Of a stretch of DNA of 64,000 bases, positions 58,778 to 64,000 are shown piece after piece. The stretch is from Pelagomonas calceolata (Eukaryota). Both the position numbers and the translations under genes were made by a program. Location of the stretch: NCBI GenBank assembly GCA_918797485.1, contig CAKKNE010000002.1, forward strand, positions 1,488,001 to 1,552,000, given 5' to 3'. Under the pieces are notes generated by a model, which worked only from the letters and a program-made list of their open reading frames with translations, did not search any database and was not told the DNA's origin. Numbering within the stretch: the first letter of the stretch is position 1; each line of letters opens with the position of its first letter.

Positions 58778-61700
58778 CTACGACGACGCGTCGACGGGCG
58801 GCCCCCGGTGCGGGCTCTCCACCTCATTCCCGAGGACGTCTTCGACCCGCGCTTCGTGCACCTCGGTCACCAGCTCCACCAGATTCGCCACCGCTAGATC
58901 GGCCAGCGCCCTTCCATGATCCGCGGCGGCCTCCCTCGCGTTGCCGACGACGCCCGACGCGTTCAGGTCGTGCGACAGCCAGCCGCATTTTGTGGAGAAG
59001 CCCGGGGCGTGCATCCTTAATTGATTCCGCGTCGCCGGCGGCATGCGCGCCGCGCGGCTCGCGAAATCTTTCGCTGCGCTCAGGTCCACGAGGTCCGGCT
59101 TCAGGTGCAGCATGAGCGACGTCTCCAGGGCCCCGCCGTGGATCCCGTACATCAATTCCTCTTGGGGAAAGACTTGCACCGCCTCCTCATCAGCCGAAAA
59201 GTTCAGGTTGCACGCCAGGACGCAGAGGAGGTCGTGCTCGAGCCGGAGCTGGCGCGCGACGACCTCGGCGAGCGCCTGGTTGCCCCCGTGCGAGTTGTAC
59301 AGAATCAGCTTGCGGAGCCCCGTCCGCGCCACGCACCGCCCTAAATCGCGCCAGAGCCGCGACGCCGTGTCCACGGACAAATCCAAATTGCCCGCGAAGC
59401 GCGAGTGCTCGCCGGACGCGCCGATGTCCAACGGGGGCAGCGCGAGCGCGAGAATATGATCAGGCAGCCGCTTCAGCGCGCGGTCCAGCAGCGCCTTGTT
59501 GTGCATCGCGTCGACGCCCAGCGGCAGGTGCGGCCCGTGCGGCTCCGTCGCCGCGAGCGGCAGGATCGCCACGGCCTCGCTCAGGTCCGTACCGGCAAAA
59601 TCCGTCGTCTTCCACTCGGCCCAGTAGCGCGACCGCTTCTTCGTGGACACGTCCTCGTCCTGGAGCGACGACGTGTCCGCCAAGCGGTACGACGCGGCGA
59701 AGGACCCGCGCGGGTCCGCCGCTTCCTCCGTCGTGGCGCGCTGCTCGTCCCAGGCGCGCATCTTGCCCGGGTTCAGGACGCCGCCGGGGTCGGCCCGCGC
59801 CTTGAAGCCAAGCTGCGCGAAGTCCGTTTGCTTCATGCCGCCGTCTTCCAGCACCTCCGTGTGGGGGTTGAAGATGGGCATGCCGTTCGCTTCGTGCCAT
59901 GCTAAAATTTCATGTAATCTTTCATGTGTCGACGGCCAGAGCAAGGCCAATGACGCAAAACCGACCTTGCCCCCAAACCGCACGCATTCCAAATGCTGGA
60001 GCAACTCTGATGAATCAAACTCGTCCTGGACCTTCTGCACCAACTCCAGTGCTTTGTCCGGCTCGAGCACACTTTGCAAATAAGTCGTGCTCTTGTCCTT
60101 GCGCCGGCAGTGCAGCGTCGTGTGGTTCCATCCAAACTCGTACATGGGCCGCGGCGCATCTTCGGCATTGATCACGCGCGACACCTCGCCCCCGTTATCT
60201 TCCGCGAGTCGTCGGATGGGGCCCACGCCGGCGGCCGCGCACTGCACGAGCGCCACATGATCTCCATCCGTCGAGGGCCGGTCGGCGTGCATGATCGACG
60301 GCTCCTTGTCGAGGAACTTGAACGCCAACGGAGCTTGATAGACGGCGGCGCCCCTACAAGGCACCGACGGCGCGTTCCCGGCGTCCAGCGCGAAGGCCGC
60401 CGCCTCCTTCAGTGAAGGGAAGCACGCCGTCACGTCGACCCAGGGCTGCGCCCGCGCGAGCGGCACCTCCACCGCCACAATAATACCGTTCGTGCCGTAG
60501 GCGTGGACCACGGGGAAGACGTCCCGTCCTCGCAACTCTAGCACGCGCGGCGTCGCTTCCTGTGTGGAAATCGAATTTCGCAACCTAACTCACTGGTCGA
60601 CTTCCGCACAGGTCGCTACCGCGGTCACGACGCGCAGGCCGAGCACCGCGCCGTCCTCGCTCAGCCCGCCGTGCAGGAGCGCGCCGTGGCCCGTCGATCC
60701 GCCGGCCACGAAGCCGCCCAGCGTCGCGTTCCGTCGCGTCGACGGGTGCTGGCGCAGCTCCCAGCCCTGCTGCCGCGTCGCGTCTTCGATCGTGGACAGC
60801 AGGCTGCCGGCGCCCGCCAGGACCGTGCCTCGCTCGGCGTCGAGCTTCTCGATCTGGTCGAGGCCGCTCAGGTCCAGCACGATGCCGCCGAAGAGCGGCA
60901 CGGCCTGGCCGTAGTTTCCCGTTCCGGCGCCGCGCGCGACGACCGGCACGTTTTCGCTGACCGCCGCTGCAACAACACTCACGACGTCGTCTTGCGTTTT
61001 CGCAAAGGCCACGGCGTCGGCCTCCAAACCTTCCAGCTTCTTCGCCAGCACCGGACTATATTCGAACGCGTCGCGCGACAGCTTCCGGATCATGCGTAGC
61101 TGGTTCGCGTCGTCGTCGGCGCGCGCAAACACCTTGACGCCGGCGTCGCGCGCTTTGGCTACGGCAGAAGCGACGGCGTCGGGCGACGGCCGCGCCGCGG
61201 TGGCGAAGCCGCGCGCTTTGGATACACATGACGCACTTGCCGTCGAGAAGCCGCGGCGCCAGCGGGGTTGCGCGCGCCGGCGCGGTCGCGGCACCGCGGC
61301 GATCGCCTCGACCTCCACGAGGAACTCCGGCCGCGCGAAGCCCGAGACAACCATCAGGGTAGAAGCCGTCGGTGGGACGCCTCCCATCGTTTCGTCGCGC
61401 GCTTTCATGTACGCTTGCAAATGGTCGCGATGCGTGACGAACGCATTGAGGCGCACGACATGTTTTTCGTTCGCACCGGCGGCGCGCAGGATCTCGAGCA
61501 CGTTGCCGAGCGCCAAACGCGCCTGGGCCTCGGCACTTTCCGGAATCGAGCCGTCCTTGTGTATGCCGAGTGTGCCCGAGGTGAAGACAAGCTGCGAGTG
61601 CGGCTCGACGACCGTGCCGTGCGCGTAGCGCGCAAAGGGCGGGTGCAGGCGGTGCTCGGAGACGGCCACGGCGGCATGGCTGCTCCTCCTCGTTGCTACG

Positions 61701-61810
61701 GCGCGGGCTGCCACTGGTACGGCGCGGGCTGCCGCAATCGATGGGCGGAGCTTGGAGGCATGCGTCGACGGCGCATTGGCCGCGACACACTGGCGAACCC
61801 GGAGCAACAT
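58778..61810 (-). CDS. Triple fusion (990 aa): mitochondrial-type presequence + RidA/YjgF domain + FAD-linked oxidoreductase (FAD_binding_4) + creatininase-family amidohydrolase; 2 exons
   Basis: Exons 61810-60620 and 60559-58778 join in phase 0 (VVTA|EATPRVLEL). RidA motifs: YAHG, VFTSGTLG, PTASTL.VVSGFARPEFLVEVEAIA. Oxidase motifs: VARGAGTGNYGQ, ATLGGFVAGGS, YGTNGII, DPGGVLNPGK. Creatininase motifs: ATEPHGPHLPLGVD, SGEH..FAG, NSHGGN, HGGALETS. Confidence 0.9.
60552..60619 (-). mobile_element. Introner-type element (60560-60611) with an 8-bp TSD; forms the GT-AG intron 60560-60619
   Basis: GTCGCTTC [CTGTGTGGAA...TTCCGCACAG] GTCGCTAC on the + strand (TSD 7/8, TIR 9/10). Confidence 0.9.
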
Positions 61811-62047
61811 GGCTGCCCCAATGTTGCCATTCCCGAGAAATAATAATGCTAGCAGCCTGTAAGATACTAGCGAGCTAGCCCAGCCGGCTCAACACGCCAG
61901 TGCGCAGAGACCAGGCGCCACGAGTGCTCTGTTCGTGGTATTCGGTGCTTATTTCACGCAACTCTTTGGCGCGCACCGACTCGCGGCAACGAGATCCCTG
62001 CCAATTTTGAAGCTAGACAGATTACTGGTCGAGCGCAGACAGCATAG

Positions 62048-64000
62048 ATGGAGGAAGACCGCGTCCTCCTGCGCAGCGGCCTCCTGCTCCAATCTCTGAA
62101 CGACGAGCATGACTGGGCCTACCGCTACTGCGTCCTCACGACGAAGGACGGCGAGCGCTCGCTTCTCGTCTTCGAGAGTGCTGCCGCCAAGACGCCAGTG
62201 CGCACGGTCGCGCTCGCGAACGATGCGAGCGCGCGGCCCTTCGACGCAGCGGAGGCAGAGCGCCTCGGTTCGGGCGGCATCGTGCTCAAGGCCAACGACG
62301 CTGCGCCTGAGACTTTCTGGAGGGCTTTGGACGAGCGTGAGGCCTACGACTGGCGCCGCGCGTTGCAAGCGAATTTGCACTTCGACGACACGGACCAGGA
62401 GGGCGCCGGCGACGCGCTCATGCCCGACGCGTGCCACGGCGGGCCGCTGCTCGTCTGGGAGATCGGGCGCGGCGGCGAGGACGTCCGTTGGCAAAGGAAG
62501 TTTTGCGAATTGGGAGCCGGCCGCGGCGGCCGGCTGCGGCTCCACGCCTGCGAGCCGACGGACGTCGTCAAATGGCGCGACCGCGACCGCGGCGACGTTC
62601 TCGCGCCGCTCGCGACTGCGCGGCTGCAGCAGCGCCCCGACGCGTTCGCGACGCCGGGCTTCGAGGTCGCGCTGGCCGACGGGCGGCGCTTCGCCTGCCG
62701 CGCCACCGACGTGCTCGACGACTCGGTCGACGCCTGGCTCGCGATCCTGGGCCCGCTCTGCGCGCGGCAGCCGGAGCCCGCCGCCGTTGAGGAGGCCGAG
62801 GAGGCCGCCGCGCCCGCGGCGCCGGACGCGGTGACGTACTCGCGCCGCGCGTCCGTGGCGGCCTCGGTGGCCGGCGCGGCCGCTACCGTTGCGGGCGTCG
62901 CCGGCGCGGGCGCGACCGTCGCGCTGGGCGCTGGGTGCGTCGTCGGCGCCGGCGCGCTGGCGACGTACAGTTCCGCGGCGGCGGACACGTGCCGCGCGGT
63001 CGTCGACTACGCGCTGGCGCCGCGCCGGCGGTCGTCGTCGTTCATGGGGATTGATGAAGACGCGCGCGCGGCCGCGGCCGCGGCGGACCAAGCTCAAGAC
63101 GACGCCGACGCGGTCGTCGCCGAGGTCGATGTGGACGTGCGGCGGGCGCGGCTGTTGCGGAGCGGCGGCGCGGACGACGCCCTGCCACCTACATTAAAAA
63201 TCGACGGCGACGAAGAAAGTGGAGAGGGGCGTCTCCTCGAGGCGCCCGTTGTTGTGGTGGTGCGCCACGGCGACGCGGCGTTCAGCTCGTCGGTGATAAC
63301 GCGGAGTTCCGGTCTGAGGCGCGTGCAGCTCCGGTGCGCGTTCAAGTGCGCGTCGGCGCGCCAGTCTATTGTCATCGAGGTCCGCGGCGCGGACGCGGCC
63401 GACCCGACGCGCGGACCGCTCTTCGGGCGGCGCGAGCTCTCGCTGTTTGAACTCGCGGAGCGCGACGCTGAGGATGAGTTGAGGCGCCTCCGGGCGCGCC
63501 TGCGCCGGGCCTGGGGGGCGGCGGAGACCCCTGAAGAGTCCTCATCAAGTGACTCCGAGGACGATCCCCTCGAACATAAACGATTCCACGGTAGTGCGCG
63601 GCCCGCAGCTCGATCATCACGCACGGACGGCGCCTGGCTCGCGCTCTTCAAGCCGGGCGAGGAGCCCAAGATCGATGACCATGAGGAACGCACTGATGGG
63701 TTCGCATCCGGGGATGTTGATGACGCGTCCGGTGTCAAGCGCGGCGCGGCCTGCGCGTTAATTGATGCGAAGGTGATCGTGACGCCGACGTCGTCGGTCG
63801 GCACGCTCGCGTTTGCGAATCCGCGCCTGCGGCTCGAGCGCGACCGGCCCGCGCGCGACACGGTGCCGTCGCCGGCCGTGACGCTAGATTTACTGAAGCG
63901 CCTCTTCGCCGTGGCGACGTGGTGCGCCGTGCAGAGCGACCGCATGACGGACATGCTGTACTGGCACGCACCGCTGCAGTCTTTACTGGTTACGGTCGTC
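62048..64000 (+). CDS. 3'-partial protein with two PH-like domains, a C2-like domain and the start of an MCTP/PRT-C-like membrane region
   Basis: Absent from the ORF track because it has no stop in the window. ATG 62048 opens a 651-codon frame to the window end: RSGLLLQ...WAYRYCVL...EAYDWRRALQ, GGPLLVW...WQRKFCEL...DAWLAIL, IVIEVRG...LFGRRELSLFEL, ending DMLYWHAPLQSLL. Confidence 0.75.
   Translation, partial: MEEDRVLLRSGLLLQSLNDEHDWAYRYCVLTTKDGERSLLVFESAAAKTPVRTVALANDASARPFDAAEAERLGSGGIVLKANDAAPETFWRALDEREAYDWRRALQANLHFDDTDQEGAGDALMPDACHGGPLLVWEIGRGGEDVRWQRKFCELGAGRGGRLRLHACEPTDVVKWRDRDRGDVLAPLATARLQQRPDAFATPGFEVALADGRRFACRATDVLDDSVDAWLAILGPLCARQPEPAAVEEAEEAAAPAAPDAVTYSRRASVAASVAGAAATVAGVAGAGATVALGAGCVVGAGALATYSSAAADTCRAVVDYALAPRRRSSSFMGIDEDARAAAAAADQAQDDADAVVAEVDVDVRRARLLRSGGADDALPPTLKIDGDEESGEGRLLEAPVVVVVRHGDAAFSSSVITRSSGLRRVQLRCAFKCASARQSIVIEVRGADAADPTRGPLFGRRELSLFELAERDAEDELRRLRARLRRAWGAAETPEESSSSDSEDDPLEHKRFHGSARPAARSSRTDGAWLALFKPGEEPKIDDHEERTDGFASGDVDDASGVKRGAACALIDAKVIVTPTSSVGTLAFANPRLRLERDRPARDTVPSPAVTLDLLKRLFAVATWCAVQSDRMTDMLYWHAPLQSLLVTVV

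Noticed and set aside
61949..63954. Minus-strand ORFs of 382, 214 and 286 aa
   Set aside because: Antisense shadows of the plus-strand PH-PH-C2 gene starting at 62048.
1..64000. tRNA, rRNA, or autonomous transposase/reverse transcriptase genes
   Set aside because: None recognised by eye. A tRNAscan/Rfam/RepeatMasker run would be needed to exclude them formally.

Overview
GC-rich, gene-dense eukaryotic genomic DNA. The 56-163 nt introns, GC-AG splice sites, introner-type introns with terminal inverted repeats (TIRs) and 8-bp target-site duplications (TSDs), and a signal-peptide+AF plastid presequence suggest a pelagophyte alga (Pelagomonas/Aureococcus-like; this is inference). About 13 genes are supported. 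The window is dominated by one ~41.6 kb intron-less minus-strand gene (11802-53431, ~13,880 aa once a local net 4-nt deletion near 42.5 kb is repaired). It fuses a DxD (GT32-type) glycosyltransferase, 24 LamG/ConA-like domains carrying swappable loop cassettes mostly ending in (SY)n and/or RRRRL motifs, 8 BspA/DUF285 modules, mucin-like stalks, and a polycystin-1-like REJ-GPS-5TM end. Other highlights: (1) a Prx5-type peroxiredoxin with UGA at the peroxidatic Cys position and a non-canonical SECIS-like hairpin; (2) a mitochondrial-type RidA + FAD oxidoreductase + creatininase triple fusion with an internal presequence-like linker; (3) one family of TIR/TSD introner introns used in both orientations. 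All domain calls come from motif recognition by eye, not database searches.
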